The notes below the pieces were generated by a model, which was not told where the DNA came from, did no database searches, and worked only from the letters and a program-made list of their open reading frames with translations. 64,000 nt of DNA from the NCBI GenBank assembly GCA_965214465.1, contig CBDCBX010000019.1, positions 147,987 to 211,986 on the forward strand. The letters are read 5' to 3'. This DNA is from Acidobacteriota bacterium. GTDB lineage: Bacteria; Acidobacteriota; UBA6911; RPQK01; CBDAPI01. Position numbers and translations under genes: made by a program. Of the stretch, positions 47,997 to 58,739 are shown piece after piece. Every line of letters starts with the position of its first letter. Within the stretch, counting starts at the first letter, position 1.

Positions 47997-50288
47997 CTAC
48001 AGATTTTCCAGGATGAAATCCGTCATCATCCGGCGCAGATGATAGACCTGCTCAGGGTCGCGGACTCCGTGGCGGGATTTTGGGTAGATCATCAGCTCGA
48101 ATTGCTTGCCCGCTTCCTGGAGCTCGTAGACGAGCTGAATCGTGTTCTGCAAGTGGACGTTGTCGTCCATGGAGCCGTGAATGATCATCAGTTTGCCATG
48201 GAGATCGGCGGCGGCGGCCTGAACGGAAGTCGTCTTGTACCCCTCCGGATTCTTCTGCGGGGTACTCATGTAGCGCTCAGTGTAGACGCTGTCGTAGAGG
48301 CTCCAGTCTGTTACCGGAGCTCCCGCGATTCCCAGCTTGAAACTGTTGCTGTGAGTTAAGGCATAGGAGGTCAAGTAACCCCCGAAGCTCCATCCCCAAA
48401 GACCGATCCTATCGCCGTCAATCCAGGGATGGGCCTTGAGCCAGTTCAGACCGTCCTCCAGGTCGCGCAGTTCCAGCTCACCAAAGTTGCGATACAACGG
48501 CCAGGTTGACTCGGCGCCCTTGCCGCTGGCCGTCCGGTTGTCACAGATCCAGATGATGTAACCCTGCCGGGCCAGGAACTGGTGCCAGAGGTACAGCGTT
48601 CCGCCCCAGGAATTCTCAACTCGGGGTGAATGAGGGCCGCCGTAGGTGTGAGACACGACTGGATACTTGCGGGAAGGATCAAAGTCGGGTGGCTTGATCA
48701 TGATGGCTTCCATTACAAAACCATCCCTTGTCTGCACCTGATGCACCTCGGGGACACTCAACCTGTATCTGGCCAGCTTCTTCGCCGGCTTGTCAAAGAT
48801 GGTTCGGACCTCTCCACCTTGCGGGTCATGTAAGCGCACCTGAGTGGGCGTGGTGAGATCGCTCCATCGGTCGAAATAGAGACTGAACTGGCGGTTGAAC
48901 GTGGCCTGGTGTGTACCCTCGCGCTGAGACAGTCTTTGCGGACGTCCGCCTCTGAATCGAACCCGATAAACGTCTTCCCCGATGGGAGAGCGTGCAGTCC
49001 CGGAAAAATACACCCACCCTCCCGCATCATCGACACCGTAAAGAGAGCGAACTTCCCACTCCCCCGAAGTCACGGTGCGGATCAACTCCCCGGTGGCCTT
49101 GTAGTGATAGAAATGGCGCCAGCCGCTACGCTCGCTTTGCCAGAGAAAAGATCCGTCCTGAATCCAGGTGGGCTGGTCCAGTACATTCACCCAGGCTTGG
49201 GTGGTTTCGCGCAAGAGCCGGTACACGCGGCCTGTTCGGGGATCGGCCAGGTTGAGATCAAGCCAGGTCTGATCCTTGTTCTGGGCCTGGAACACGACCC
49301 GACTGCCATCCCCGTTCCACCCTGCTCTCACGACCAACAGGTCCTCAGGTGTGTACTGGTGAAGATCGATCCAGCGAGTCCGATCTCCCGAACTCGACAC
49401 TACGCCCAGCCTGGGAAGGGGGTTGGGATCTCCCGCCTTTGGATAGCGCGTCACTTCCCGTTCCGGGTGCTGGGGAATGTGGTCAACCACCGTGAAACTC
49501 GGAACCGGGGATTCATCCAGCTGCAGGTAGGCGATGCGGCTCGAGTCGGGGCTCCACCAGTAGCCCTTGAAATCGCCGCGTCCGTAGATCTCTTCCTGGT
49601 AGACCCAGTCGAGGATCCCGTTGAGAAGGTTTTCGTGGCCCCCCCGGGTTAGACGGTGTTCGCGGCCGCGCCGCAAGTCGAAGACATAGAGATCGTAATC
49701 TCTTACGTAAGCCACTTTCCGTCCGTCCGGGCTGAAGCAGGCCTCACGTTCCTCCTGGCGCGTACTCGTCAGTCGGAGGGCGCGGTCGCTGCCAAAGTCG
49801 TGGTAGAAGAGATCGTCTTTATAGAGCCACAGGATTGCGGACTCGTCGGGACTGAAGATGGGGCGACCCTTCCTTCTCAAGCGACGAGCCTTTTCCTCAT
49901 CGAAGCCCTCGAGCCGGGCCAGGGCCGAGATCACTCTCCCCGAGTCATAGAGAGGAGACTCCTCGCCCGTGCGTGCGTGGACGCGGACCACCCGGGGTAC
50001 CCCGGAGTCGCCAGGCTTTGTGGTTTGAATGTAATGCTCTCCATCCTTCAACCAGCGGAGAATGGAAGGAGGGGAAGGAGTGAAGTCGATCTTGTTCTCC
50101 GGGTGGTAGAGGTCGTCCAGGGTCAGAAGCTTTCCCTGACCGAGGGCAGTTCCGATGATGAGGAACAGCAGGCCGAGGAGCGTGAAGTTGGAAGTTGAAA
50201 ATTGAAAATTGAAAGTTTGACGTCGACGGCCAGGCCTCGAAGCTTGACCGCATAGGGCCTTGAGTTTTCCTAGCCGTGAGGTTCGCAT
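47997..50288 (-). CDS. S9B dipeptidyl peptidase IV family protein
   Basis: GWSFGG nucleophile elbow, DDNVH, YPKSRHG, WVYQEE; start uncertain. Confidence 0.92.
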   Translation of the reverse strand: MRTSRLGKLKALCGQASRPGRRRQTFNFQFSTSNFTLLGLLFLIIGTALGQGKLLTLDDLYHPENKIDFTPSPPSILRWLKDGEHYIQTTKPGDSGVPRVVRVHARTGEESPLYDSGRVISALARLEGFDEEKARRLRRKGRPIFSPDESAILWLYKDDLFYHDFGSDRALRLTSTRQEEREACFSPDGRKVAYVRDYDLYVFDLRRGREHRLTRGGHENLLNGILDWVYQEEIYGRGDFKGYWWSPDSSRIAYLQLDESPVPSFTVVDHIPQHPEREVTRYPKAGDPNPLPRLGVVSSSGDRTRWIDLHQYTPEDLLVVRAGWNGDGSRVVFQAQNKDQTWLDLNLADPRTGRVYRLLRETTQAWVNVLDQPTWIQDGSFLWQSERSGWRHFYHYKATGELIRTVTSGEWEVRSLYGVDDAGGWVYFSGTARSPIGEDVYRVRFRGGRPQRLSQREGTHQATFNRQFSLYFDRWSDLTTPTQVRLHDPQGGEVRTIFDKPAKKLARYRLSVPEVHQVQTRDGFVMEAIMIKPPDFDPSRKYPVVSHTYGGPHSPRVENSWGGTLYLWHQFLARQGYIIWICDNRTASGKGAESTWPLYRNFGELELRDLEDGLNWLKAHPWIDGDRIGLWGWSFGGYLTSYALTHSNSFKLGIAGAPVTDWSLYDSVYTERYMSTPQKNPEGYKTTSVQAAAADLHGKLMIIHGSMDDNVHLQNTIQLVYELQEAGKQFELMIYPKSRHGVRDPEQVYHLRRMMTDFILENL
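50184..50218. repeat. Degenerate heptamer tandem repeat (5 units) in the DPP IV 5' region
   Basis: GAAGTTG GAAGTTG AAAATTG AAAATTG AAAGTTT. Confidence 0.6.
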
Positions 50289-50335
50289 TTCTTCAGATCC
50301 GGACAACTTCCAAGCTTGAGCTTGCAATCCTTGGG

Positions 50336-51868
50336 CTAGTAAGCCCTGGCCCAGACCACGCGCTGCGAGCTCGGTTCTCCACTGAAAATACAGGTGCCGG
50401 GTCCTTCGCCGCCCCCGTCGGCGTCATCGACAGGGATACAACGGATGGTAACACCCAGTTCCTTCTGCATTTGATCAGAGATCGCTTCGTCTCCGTTCCA
50501 GTGCGCCAGGGCAAAACCGCCGGATGTCCTGGATGCGGAGCCCTTGGGACCAAAGAACTCGAAGAACTCCTCGCGGGTATTCACGATCCGAGTGTTACGG
50601 GCTCGGAATTTCCGGGCACGTTCAAGAAGATGATCCTGAATTTCCTCTAGCAGACCTGGGATCTCCGCCAGGAATTGGGCGCGCGGAACCGACTCTTTCT
50701 CCCGGCCCGATCGATCACGTTTCCCCATAAAGACACTGTCTGATGCAAGGTCACGCGGGCCGATCTCCAGGCGAACCGGCACTCCTCTCTTGATCCAGCT
50801 CCAGACCTTTTCCCCTCCTCGGACATCCCGCTCATCCAACTCCACTTCAATTCTGCGACCATCGTAGGTCCGCGACTGGAGCTCATCCCGCAGGTTCCTG
50901 CAGTACTCGAGTACCTGCTCCGGGTTCTCCGCCTTGAATAGAATCGGCATGATCACAACATGAGCCGGCGCCAGGCGAGGTGGAAGCACCAGGCCATCAT
51001 CGTCAGCGTGAGCCATCACCAGACCACCCACCAACCTGGTCGAGACACCCCAGGACGTGGTCCACACATGCTGCTCCTGGCCATTCTCATCCAGAAACGT
51101 AATGTCCTGAACCCTGGCGAAGCTCTGCCCCAGGAAGTGCGACGTTCCAGCCTGCAGGGCTTTTCGATCCTGCATCATGGCTTCAATCGTGAGCGTTTTT
51201 TCAGCGCCGGGAAAGGTCTCCCCGGGGGTCTTCTCTCCTCTGATGACGGGTATGGCCATGAACTCCTGGACGAAACGGGCGTAGACCTCATGCATCGTTC
51301 GGGTTTCGGCCAGGGCGTCCTCCCTGCTGGCGTGGGCGGTATGGCCTTCCTGCCACAGGAACTCGGTAGTTCTAAGGAAGAGACGGGTTCGCAACTCCCA
51401 GCGGACCACGTTGCACCACTGGTTGATGAGCAAAGGAAGATCCCGATAGCTGTTGATCCACTTGGCAAAGCTGGCCCCGATGATCGTCTCGCTGGTGGGA
51501 CGGATAATCAGTGGTTCTTCCAACTTCCCGGCCGGGACCAGTTCGCCATCTCTTTCTTCGAGGCGATGATGGGTGACGACGGCACATTCCTTGGCAAACC
51601 CCTTGACGTGTTGCGCTTCCTTCTCGAGAAAGCTCTTGGGGATCAAAAGCGGAAAATAGGCATTCTTGTGCCCGGTGTCCTTGAACATTCCGTCCAGGAT
51701 ACGCTGCATGTTCTCCCAGATTGCGTATCCCCACGGCTTGATCACCATGCATCCACGAACCGGTGAGGCTTCCGCCAGATCAGCAGCGCGGACTACCTGC
51801 TGGTACCACTTGGGATAGTCTTCTGCGCGGGTTGGAGTGATCGCGTTCCTGGTTGCCTTCTGTGCCAT
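50336..51868 (-). CDS. proS: Proline--tRNA ligase (archaeal/eukaryote-like type)
   Basis: VRGCMVIKPWGY, RPTSET, FLWQEGHT and QAGTSHFLGQ motifs; start MAQKA at 51868. Confidence 0.95.
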   Translation of the reverse strand: MAQKATRNAITPTRAEDYPKWYQQVVRAADLAEASPVRGCMVIKPWGYAIWENMQRILDGMFKDTGHKNAYFPLLIPKSFLEKEAQHVKGFAKECAVVTHHRLEERDGELVPAGKLEEPLIIRPTSETIIGASFAKWINSYRDLPLLINQWCNVVRWELRTRLFLRTTEFLWQEGHTAHASREDALAETRTMHEVYARFVQEFMAIPVIRGEKTPGETFPGAEKTLTIEAMMQDRKALQAGTSHFLGQSFARVQDITFLDENGQEQHVWTTSWGVSTRLVGGLVMAHADDDGLVLPPRLAPAHVVIMPILFKAENPEQVLEYCRNLRDELQSRTYDGRRIEVELDERDVRGGEKVWSWIKRGVPVRLEIGPRDLASDSVFMGKRDRSGREKESVPRAQFLAEIPGLLEEIQDHLLERARKFRARNTRIVNTREEFFEFFGPKGSASRTSGGFALAHWNGDEAISDQMQKELGVTIRCIPVDDADGGGEGPGTCIFSGEPSSQRVVWARAY

Positions 51869-52100
51869 GAAAAACGGATTATGGCAAATTTCGGACTGGC
51901 AGTTCCAGAGCCGAGACGGTTGAGTATGAGCCGTTGGACACGCCCATCTATCGGCGGCTCGATGTGCATCTCGGCGAGACCCAGCGTCAAGGCGGTGTGG
52001 GTCTAGTCCTGGAAGCGCAGTGAGCGAAGTGAACAATCCAGTGTGGCGAACACAATCCTTGCTTGCAAAACGTCACCCGTTCGGGCAACAATCGGCTCCT

Positions 52101-52190
52101 ATGAGTGAAAGCAAACCTCTTCCGATGTGGTTGTGGATTTTCATCGCTGTGCTTTTTGGCGGCTGGCTGCTCTACTGGCTGGTATTCTAA
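52101..52190 (+). CDS. Putative 29-aa single-TM peptide
   Basis: MSESKPLPMWLWIFIAVLFGGWLLYWLVF; below ORF-track cutoff; no clear SD. Confidence 0.45.
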   Translation: MSESKPLPMWLWIFIAVLFGGWLLYWLVF

Positions 52191-52273
52191 TCAGCCGGGG
52201 GACAACGCATCCCGCTCCCCTGAACCGGGCTTCGTGAAGTTTGGAAGCGGGAACTGGAGCGGAGCGAAGAAAG

Positions 52274-52660
52274 CTATTTCTTCTTCGTTGTTTCCGTAGA
52301 GGTGTCTCTGTCGACCAATTCGATCAGCGCAAGTGGTGCTGCGTCACCCTTACGGTTGCCCAGGCGGATGATCCTCGTATACCCCCCCGGGCGTTTTGAG
52401 TACCGCGCTGCCAGTGTGTCAAACAGTTTGGCAACAACCGCCTTGCGCCGGATTACGGCCAGGGCTTGTCTCCGGGCATGGAGCGTCTCTCTCTTTCCCA
52501 GCGTGATCATCTTCTCGGCGTAGGGGCGCAGTTCCTTGGCTTTGGCAACGGTGGTGATCATCTGCTCATGATCAAGCAGTTGTGTAACCATGTTGCGCAG
52601 CATGGCTCTGCGGTGACTGGAAGTTCGATTTAGCTTCCGACCGGATTTCCGATGTCGCAT
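52274..52660 (-). CDS. rplQ: 50S ribosomal protein L17
   Basis: [17 protein letters not shown]. Confidence 0.97.
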   Translation of the reverse strand: MRHRKSGRKLNRTSSHRRAMLRNMVTQLLDHEQMITTVAKAKELRPYAEKMITLGKRETLHARRQALAVIRRKAVVAKLFDTLAARYSKRPGGYTRIIRLGNRKGDAAPLALIELVDRDTSTETTKKK

Positions 52661-52689
52661 GGCAGCCTCTCCTCTTCAACTTTCTCGTT

Positions 52690-53676
52690 TCAGGCTCCCT
52701 CAACTTCCGCCACCGGATTGCCGCCGTCATCCAGTTTCATACCGAAGCTGAGGCCCATGTCGGCCAGGATTTCCTTGATTTCGTTCAATGACTTGCGGCC
52801 AAAGTTCTTGGTCTTCAGCATCTCAGACTCGCTCTTCATGACCAACTGTCCGATGCTCTGGATGTTGGCGTTCTTCAGGCAGTTGTAGGAACGGACGGAG
52901 AGTTCCAGCTCTTCCACTGACTTGCTGAGATTGTCGTTGATGGCCTCGAGGTGCTGGTCCCGACGTTTTTCCTGGACCTCCGCCTCTTCTTCAAAATTGA
53001 TGAAAATGAACAGGTGGTCCTTGAGAATCTTGGCGGCCTCCGCAATCGCGTCCTCGGGGCTGGCCGAGCCGTCGGTCCAGACGTCAAGATTGAGACAGTC
53101 GTAGTCGGTGGCTCGTCCCAGCCGAGCAGCCTCAACATAGAAGTTGACCTTCTTGACCGGCGAATGAACGGAATCCATGGGGATGTACCCCACTCCCAAT
53201 TCCTCTTCAAAATTCTCGTCTGCCGGCTGGTACCCGCGAGCCTTCCGAACCCGCATCTCCATCTTGATCTCTCCGGTCTCGTTCACGTTGGCGATCTCAA
53301 CCCCGGTGTCCAGAATCTCAACCTCAGGATCGGGCTTGATATCGCCTGAAGTCAGCGGACCAGACCCGCTCGACTCAAGGTAGATCGTTTTGGGATGGTC
53401 GGTGTGCAGTTTCACGGGAATTCGCTTGAGATTCATGATGATGTCGGTGACGTCTTCATGGACTCCGGTGATCGACGAGAACTCGTGGAGAACCCCATCG
53501 ATCTTGACGGCCGTAATCGCCGCACCCTCAATCGAGGAAAGAAGGGTCCTTCTCAAGGCGTTACCGATGGTGCTTCCGAACCCCCGCTCGAAAGGCTGGG
53601 CAAAGAAGTGCCCAAAACCAGGAGAGCGTGTTTCAAGATCACACGCAAGTCTTTTCGGACGTTGAAAACGGCTCAT
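52690..53676 (-). CDS. rpoA: RNA polymerase alpha subunit
   Basis: [33 protein letters not shown]; start [10 protein letters not shown] with SD GGGAG. Confidence 0.97.
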   Translation of the reverse strand: MSRFQRPKRLACDLETRSPGFGHFFAQPFERGFGSTIGNALRRTLLSSIEGAAITAVKIDGVLHEFSSITGVHEDVTDIIMNLKRIPVKLHTDHPKTIYLESSGSGPLTSGDIKPDPEVEILDTGVEIANVNETGEIKMEMRVRKARGYQPADENFEEELGVGYIPMDSVHSPVKKVNFYVEAARLGRATDYDCLNLDVWTDGSASPEDAIAEAAKILKDHLFIFINFEEEAEVQEKRRDQHLEAINDNLSKSVEELELSVRSYNCLKNANIQSIGQLVMKSESEMLKTKNFGRKSLNEIKEILADMGLSFGMKLDDGGNPVAEVEGA

Positions 53677-53723
53677 GTCGTGACTCCCAATCGATCGTTG
53701 TGGTCGAGAGGATCCATGATCAT
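53673..53723 (-). CDS. Putative 16-aa ORF coupled to rpoA
   Basis: SD GGAGGG 7 nt before ATG; [16 protein letters not shown]; its TGA overlaps the rpoA ATG. Confidence 0.4.
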   Translation of the reverse strand: MIMDPLDHNDRLGVTT

Positions 53724-53762
53724 CCTTAGACCCTCCAGGTTTGAATTCAATTCGATGCTCGC

Positions 53763-54173
53763 TCAGACTCTTCTCTTCTTCGGAGGTCGGCACCCGTTGT
53801 GGGGAATGGGTGTGACGTCCTTGAGGTTCCGGATTTCAATACCGGACGCCTTAATCGAACGGATGGCGGCCTCACGGCCGGAACCAGGGCCCTTGACACG
53901 CACGTCACAATACCTCATGCCGAACTGATCCCGGGCAGCGGCCGCGGCACGATGAGCCGCCTGCGATGCAGCAAAGGGCGTGCTCTTACGACTCCCACGA
54001 AACCCCTGTCCACCTGCGCTGGCATGGGTGAGAACGTTGCCGTCCAGATCGCTGATGCAGATGAGGGTGTTATTGAAAGTCGCTTTGATGTGAGCGATAC
54101 CGTGGACCACGGTTCGACGCTCCTTCTTCTTCGCTCTCTTAGTTTTCTTTCCGCCCTTTTGATCTTTAGCCAT
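53763..54173 (-). CDS. rpsK: 30S ribosomal protein S11
   Basis: [28 protein letters not shown]. Confidence 0.97.
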   Translation of the reverse strand: MAKDQKGGKKTKRAKKKERRTVVHGIAHIKATFNNTLICISDLDGNVLTHASAGGQGFRGSRKSTPFAASQAAHRAAAAARDQFGMRYCDVRVKGPGSGREAAIRSIKASGIEIRNLKDVTPIPHNGCRPPKKRRV

Positions 54174-54188
54174 AACTCAAGCTTCCTG

Positions 54189-54560
54189 TTACTTCCTGCG
54201 TCTGCGGATTCCTGTTTTCTTGGGTCCCTTTCTGGTGCGAGCGTTGGTATGCGTGCGCTGGCCCCGGACCGGTAGTCCGCGGCGATGTCGAAGGCCTCGG
54301 TAGCATCCGATGTCCATGAGGCGCTTGATATTCAGCTGTATTTCCTTGCGAAGATCTCCTTCGATCCTCCCCTCGTCCTGGATGATCTGGCGGATCGCGG
54401 TGCCCTGCTCCTCAGAGAGTTCACCCACCTTCAAAGCACCTTCGACCTCTGCTTTCTCCAGAATTCTGGCCGCACGAGTATGGCCGATTCCATAGATATA
54501 GGTGAGACCTATATCGATTCTCTTGCGATCCGGAATGTTGACTCCAGCAATGCGTGCCAT
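54189..54560 (-). CDS. rpsM: 30S ribosomal protein S13
   Basis: [21 protein letters not shown]. Confidence 0.97.
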   Translation of the reverse strand: MARIAGVNIPDRKRIDIGLTYIYGIGHTRAARILEKAEVEGALKVGELSEEQGTAIRQIIQDEGRIEGDLRKEIQLNIKRLMDIGCYRGLRHRRGLPVRGQRTHTNARTRKGPKKTGIRRRRK

Positions 54561-54589
54561 ACCTTAGTACTCTCTTGCTTTCCCCGGCT

Positions 54590-54703
54590 CTATCCTTGCC
54601 GTTGTTTGTGCTTGGGGTTGGGACAGATCACGCGCACCACACCGCGGCGACGGACGATCCTACAGTTCATACAAATTTTCTTTACCGAGGCTCGAACTTT
54701 CAC
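54590..54703 (-). CDS. rpmJ: 50S ribosomal protein L36 (Zn-binding type)
   Basis: GTG start; [37 protein letters not shown]. Confidence 0.95.
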   Translation of the reverse strand: MKVRASVKKICMNCRIVRRRGVVRVICPNPKHKQRQG

Positions 54704-54936
54704 TTTCGACCTCCATTCGTTTCCGCTGAAACATGAAGTCCTCGCCCAACGATTCTCCCCCGCGACCGGTCGGTCGGGGAGATTTCCAGACGAACCTGAT
54801 CGCCTTCCAGCAAGCGAGAGACCTGTACCTTTTTCTCTATCCAGACATGAGCGACAACCTCATGACCGTCTTCGGTTCTCACTCTGAACAACTCTTTTGG
54901 CAATCGACTCATCACCAGTCCTGGAACACTATTCAT
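54700..54936 (-). CDS. infA: Divergent translation initiation factor IF-1-like protein
   Basis: Syntenic slot between map and rpmJ; [28 protein letters not shown]; several conserved residues are replaced. Confidence 0.75.
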   Translation of the reverse strand: MNSVPGLVMSRLPKELFRVRTEDGHEVVAHVWIEKKVQVSRLLEGDQVRLEISPTDRSRGRIVGRGLHVSAETNGGRK

Positions 54937-55703
54937 GACGAATCCGCTTCCGGATCGTCAAGCTGGCTCAAGATCCAGGGACCATCCTTGGTCAGGGCCA
55001 CTGAATGCTCAAAATGAGCGCTGTACCCTCCATCAGTTGTCACCGCAGTCCATCGATCCTTGAGGATTCTGGCGCCGGGCCCCTTGCTGTTCACCATGGG
55101 TTCGATGGCCAGAACCATTCCTTCTCGCAGCCTGGGACCGCGACCCGGTGTTCCATAGTTGGGTACCTGAGGGTCTTCGTGAAGACGATCTCCAATTCCA
55201 TGTCCCACAAATTCCTTGACCACCGAAAATCCGCTCGTCTCGACATGTTTCTGCACACTGGCCGAGATATCAGAAACCCGATTCCCAACCACCATTTGCT
55301 CAATCCCTTTGAAGAGAGATTCTCTGGTCACTCTCAGAAGTTCCTTCAGCTGACCGGATATTTTCGCCACCGGGAAAGTCCATGCAGAATCGCCGTAGAA
55401 GCCCTCCCAGCGAACTCCCACATCCAGGCTCACAATATCTCCGGCCTCGAGCCGCCGGTCACCGGGAATCCCATGCACAATCTCCTCATTGATGGAAGCG
55501 CACAAACTCGCCGGGAACCCTTGATATCCTTTAAAGGCAGGTTGCGCGCCGGCATCAAGGATCATTTCCTCGGCCACCCGATCCAGGTACGCGGTTGTCA
55601 CACCCGGCTGAATCAGCCGACCCAGATGCCGTAGAATCCGAGCCACGATCAAGTTCGCCTGCCTCATCTTGTCAAGTTGATCCCTGCCCTTACAGACGAT
55701 CAT
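54933..55703 (-). CDS. map: Methionine aminopeptidase type I
   Basis: SINEEIVHGIPG, GHGIG..LHEDP, EPMVN, SAHFEH. Confidence 0.97.
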   Translation of the reverse strand: MIVCKGRDQLDKMRQANLIVARILRHLGRLIQPGVTTAYLDRVAEEMILDAGAQPAFKGYQGFPASLCASINEEIVHGIPGDRRLEAGDIVSLDVGVRWEGFYGDSAWTFPVAKISGQLKELLRVTRESLFKGIEQMVVGNRVSDISASVQKHVETSGFSVVKEFVGHGIGDRLHEDPQVPNYGTPGRGPRLREGMVLAIEPMVNSKGPGARILKDRWTAVTTDGGYSAHFEHSVALTKDGPWILSQLDDPEADSS

Positions 55704-55774
55704 TCCACAGCATCCATCTGGATCGGGGCGAAACCAGTAATCTTATCAAAACTCCGCCACTCCCGAGAGATTTA

Positions 55775-57178
55775 TCATCGCCTTCCTCGCACCCGTCCCT
55801 TCTTGAGAAAGCCCTCGTAGTGCCGCATCACCAACTGGGACTCGATCTGCTGCACCGTGTCCATGGCAACTCCAACCACGATGAGCAGAGACGTCCCTCC
55901 AAAATAAAAGGCGATATCGAACCCTGTGGTGATTCGGGAGAGTCCATTCTCAGTCAGGAAATTGTCCAGGCCGGGACCGATCAAGGGTATGGGCTGCACC
56001 TTGAAGCCGGTGATCAGAAACTCGGGCAGCAGACAGACCAGGACGAGATAGACCGCACCGGCGAAGGTCAGACGGGTCAAAACCTTGTCGATGAATTCCG
56101 AGGTTTTCCGCCCGGGCCGGATTCCCGGAATGAATCCCCCGTACTTTCGGATATTGTCCGCCACTTCATCAGGATTGAAGATAATGCTGACGTAGAAAAA
56201 ACAGAAGAACATGATGGCGGCGATGTAGGCAACATTGTAGAGCGGATAGCCCTGTTGCAACTGGCCCGCCATACTCTGCAACCAGGCCCAGGGCAGCACC
56301 AGCTGGAGAGTTGAGGGGAAGGCTACGATGGAGGCCGCAAAGATCACCGGGATCACACCGCCAGAGTTGACTTTGAGCGGCAGATGAGTCGCCTGGCCAC
56401 CGTACATGCGGCGCCCGACGACCCGTTTTGCATACTGTATCGGGATGCGACGCTGACCTCTCTCCACGAAGACGATCGCCGCGATGACCGCCACCATCAT
56501 GACCAGCAGCATCGCAATCAGAAAAATGGACTTCTGGTCGCTCTGCAGATCCTGAAACAGAGACACCGCAGCTCCAGGCAAACCCACCACGATCCCGGCG
56601 AAAATGATCAAGGAGATACCGTTGCCGATTCCCCGCTCTGAGATCTGCTCTCCTATCCACATCACAAAGACGGTACCGGTGGAGAGCGTGAGCATGGTCA
56701 TGAGCCGAAAACCCCATCCGGGGTTGGGAACGATCGCGGGTACGCCGGCGGTTTGCTCCAGGGCCGCGGCAGTCGCCATCCCCTGGAAGAGACTCAGCCC
56801 GACCGTCGCGTATCGGGTGTACTGGTTGATCTTGCGGCGACCGAGATCCCCTTCTTTGGAAAGACGTTCCAGATAGGGCCAGACAACGGTCAGAAGCTGA
56901 AAAATAATGGAGGCGGTGATATAGGGGGTGATTCCCAGAGCAAAAATAGAAAGACGGGACAGGTTCCCGCCCGAGAAAACGTCCAGGAAACCAAACATCG
57001 TACCGGACTGCGCCTCGAAGAACCCGGCAAGAGCTTCGGCATTGACCCCGGGAGTCGGAATCCAACTGCCGACACGGTAAAGCGCCAACAGGCCGAGCAT
57101 GAAGAGAATTCTCTTGCGAAGCTCAGGGATGGCGACGATGTTTCGCAGCGTGGCTGCAAGACTGTTGAAATCGGCCAT
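55775..57178 (-). CDS. secY: Preprotein translocase SecY
   Basis: SIFALGITPYITASI, GIGNGISLIIF, IPGIRPG, FGGTSLLIVV; start MADFNS at 57178. Confidence 0.97.
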   Translation of the reverse strand: MADFNSLAATLRNIVAIPELRKRILFMLGLLALYRVGSWIPTPGVNAEALAGFFEAQSGTMFGFLDVFSGGNLSRLSIFALGITPYITASIIFQLLTVVWPYLERLSKEGDLGRRKINQYTRYATVGLSLFQGMATAAALEQTAGVPAIVPNPGWGFRLMTMLTLSTGTVFVMWIGEQISERGIGNGISLIIFAGIVVGLPGAAVSLFQDLQSDQKSIFLIAMLLVMMVAVIAAIVFVERGQRRIPIQYAKRVVGRRMYGGQATHLPLKVNSGGVIPVIFAASIVAFPSTLQLVLPWAWLQSMAGQLQQGYPLYNVAYIAAIMFFCFFYVSIIFNPDEVADNIRKYGGFIPGIRPGRKTSEFIDKVLTRLTFAGAVYLVLVCLLPEFLITGFKVQPIPLIGPGLDNFLTENGLSRITTGFDIAFYFGGTSLLIVVGVAMDTVQQIESQLVMRHYEGFLKKGRVRGRR

Positions 57179-57179
57179 A

Positions 57180-57635
57180 CTAGCTGACTTCCTCTGCAGT
57201 CCCACCCGCAGCTTCAATCTTGCTGCGAGCCGACTCACTGAAATGACGCGCCTTGACCGTGAGCTTCTTCTTCAACTCTCCCTCTCCGAGAATGCGAAGA
57301 CCGTCATGAGTCTTCTTGACATAGCCGGTCTCCTTGAGCATTTCGGCGGAGACATCCACTCCTTCTTCGAACTGATTCAGGTCACGAACATTGAGGACGA
57401 CATAACGCTTGGCGAAGATGTTGGTAAAGCCTCTTTTGGGCAGCCGCCGATAAAGGGGCATCTGTCCCCCTTCGAAACCAGCGCGCCGAGAGTATCCAGA
57501 ACGGGACTTCTGACCTTTGTTACCACGTCCAGCGGTGACACCGTGCCCCGAGCCGGGCCCCCGCCCCACTCGCTTTCGCTTCTGATTGGCCCCTGCAGCC
57601 GGCTTGAGAGAATGCAGTTTTAGAGACATGTTCAT
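57180..57635 (-). CDS. rplO: 50S ribosomal protein L15
   Basis: [18 protein letters not shown]. Confidence 0.96.
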   Translation of the reverse strand: MNMSLKLHSLKPAAGANQKRKRVGRGPGSGHGVTAGRGNKGQKSRSGYSRRAGFEGGQMPLYRRLPKRGFTNIFAKRYVVLNVRDLNQFEEGVDVSAEMLKETGYVKKTHDGLRILGEGELKKKLTVKARHFSESARSKIEAAGGTAEEVS

Positions 57636-57832
57636 TCCCCTTCGACGATTCGAACCAGGTGGGGCACTTTGGCCACCATGCCCCGGACTCCGGGCGTATC
57701 CTGACGTTCCACTACTTGATTCAGCCTGCGAAACCCCAGGCCACGCACGATCTTTCGATGCTTCTCAGGTCTCCCGATCATGCTCCGGAAGTACTTGATC
57801 TTGATCGTTTTTGGTGCCTTCTTGGCCATCAC
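57632..57832 (-). CDS. rpmD: 50S ribosomal protein L30
   Basis: [16 protein letters not shown]. Confidence 0.95.
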   Translation of the reverse strand: MMAKKAPKTIKIKYFRSMIGRPEKHRKIVRGLGFRRLNQVVERQDTPGVRGMVAKVPHLVRIVEGE

Positions 57833-58335
57833 AGGTCCTTTACTGAAATGCCCCGAACCCGGGCCACCTCGTCCGGGGTGCGAAGGCGGCCGAGCCCTTG
57901 AAAAGTCGCTTTGATCACGTTGTGCGGATTCTGACTCCCCAGGACCTTGGTCACCACGTCACGAATCCCAGCGGCTTCCATGACCGCGCGAACGACACTC
58001 CCGGCAATCACTCCAGTTCCTTCGGGAGCGGGTCGCAGAAGCACCCTGCCGGCCCCGAAAACACCCTCGATCTTGTGAGGGATCGTGGAACCGCTCATGG
58101 GGACGCCGACCATGTCCTTGCGTGCTCTGTCCAGACCCTTCCGAATCGCCGCAGGAACCTCTTTCGCCTTCCCCATTCCAAAGCCGACTCGCCCGCTCTG
58201 ATCACCGACTACGACCAGGGCATTGAAGCTGAGATTCTTTCCACCTTTGACAACCTTGGTGACTCGGTTGATCGTTATGACCTGATCCTTGAGGTCGCTG
58301 TCACCTCTATTGCTGAACGCCTTATTGAACGCCAT
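57829..58335 (-). CDS. rpsE: 30S ribosomal protein S5
   Basis: [18 protein letters not shown]. Confidence 0.97.
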   Translation of the reverse strand: MAFNKAFSNRGDSDLKDQVITINRVTKVVKGGKNLSFNALVVVGDQSGRVGFGMGKAKEVPAAIRKGLDRARKDMVGVPMSGSTIPHKIEGVFGAGRVLLRPAPEGTGVIAGSVVRAVMEAAGIRDVVTKVLGSQNPHNVIKATFQGLGRLRTPDEVARVRGISVKDL

Positions 58336-58344
58336 TAGTCACTC

Positions 58345-58707
58345 CTAGAACTTCAGGCCCTGTTTCCGTGCGGACTCCGCGAAGGCCTTAACCCGTCCGT
58401 GGTAGATGTAGCCCCCTCGATCGAAGACAACCGTCTCAATGTTCTTCTTCTTCGCCTCGGCCGCAATCCTCTTTCCGACCTCCTTGGCCGCTTCGATGTT
58501 GGATCCAGCCTTCTTCTTTTCCTTGCTCCCGAGCGTTGAAGCGGATGCCAGAGTGACTCCGCCTTCATCATCCACCAGCTGGGCATAGAAATGTCTGAGG
58601 CTTCGGAACACCATCAGACGGGGTCGCTCGAGCCGACCAGAGATTTTTCGCCGGATTCGAGCATGAACCTTCACACGCCGTTGATTCTTACTAAGCTTCT
58701 TAGCCAT
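58345..58707 (-). CDS. rplR: 50S ribosomal protein L18
   Basis: [22 protein letters not shown]. Confidence 0.97.
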   Translation of the reverse strand: MAKKLSKNQRRVKVHARIRRKISGRLERPRLMVFRSLRHFYAQLVDDEGGVTLASASTLGSKEKKKAGSNIEAAKEVGKRIAAEAKKKNIETVVFDRGGYIYHGRVKAFAESARKQGLKF

Positions 58708-58739
58708 ATTGCGTAGATCGCTAGTCCGTTCTGGCCCGA

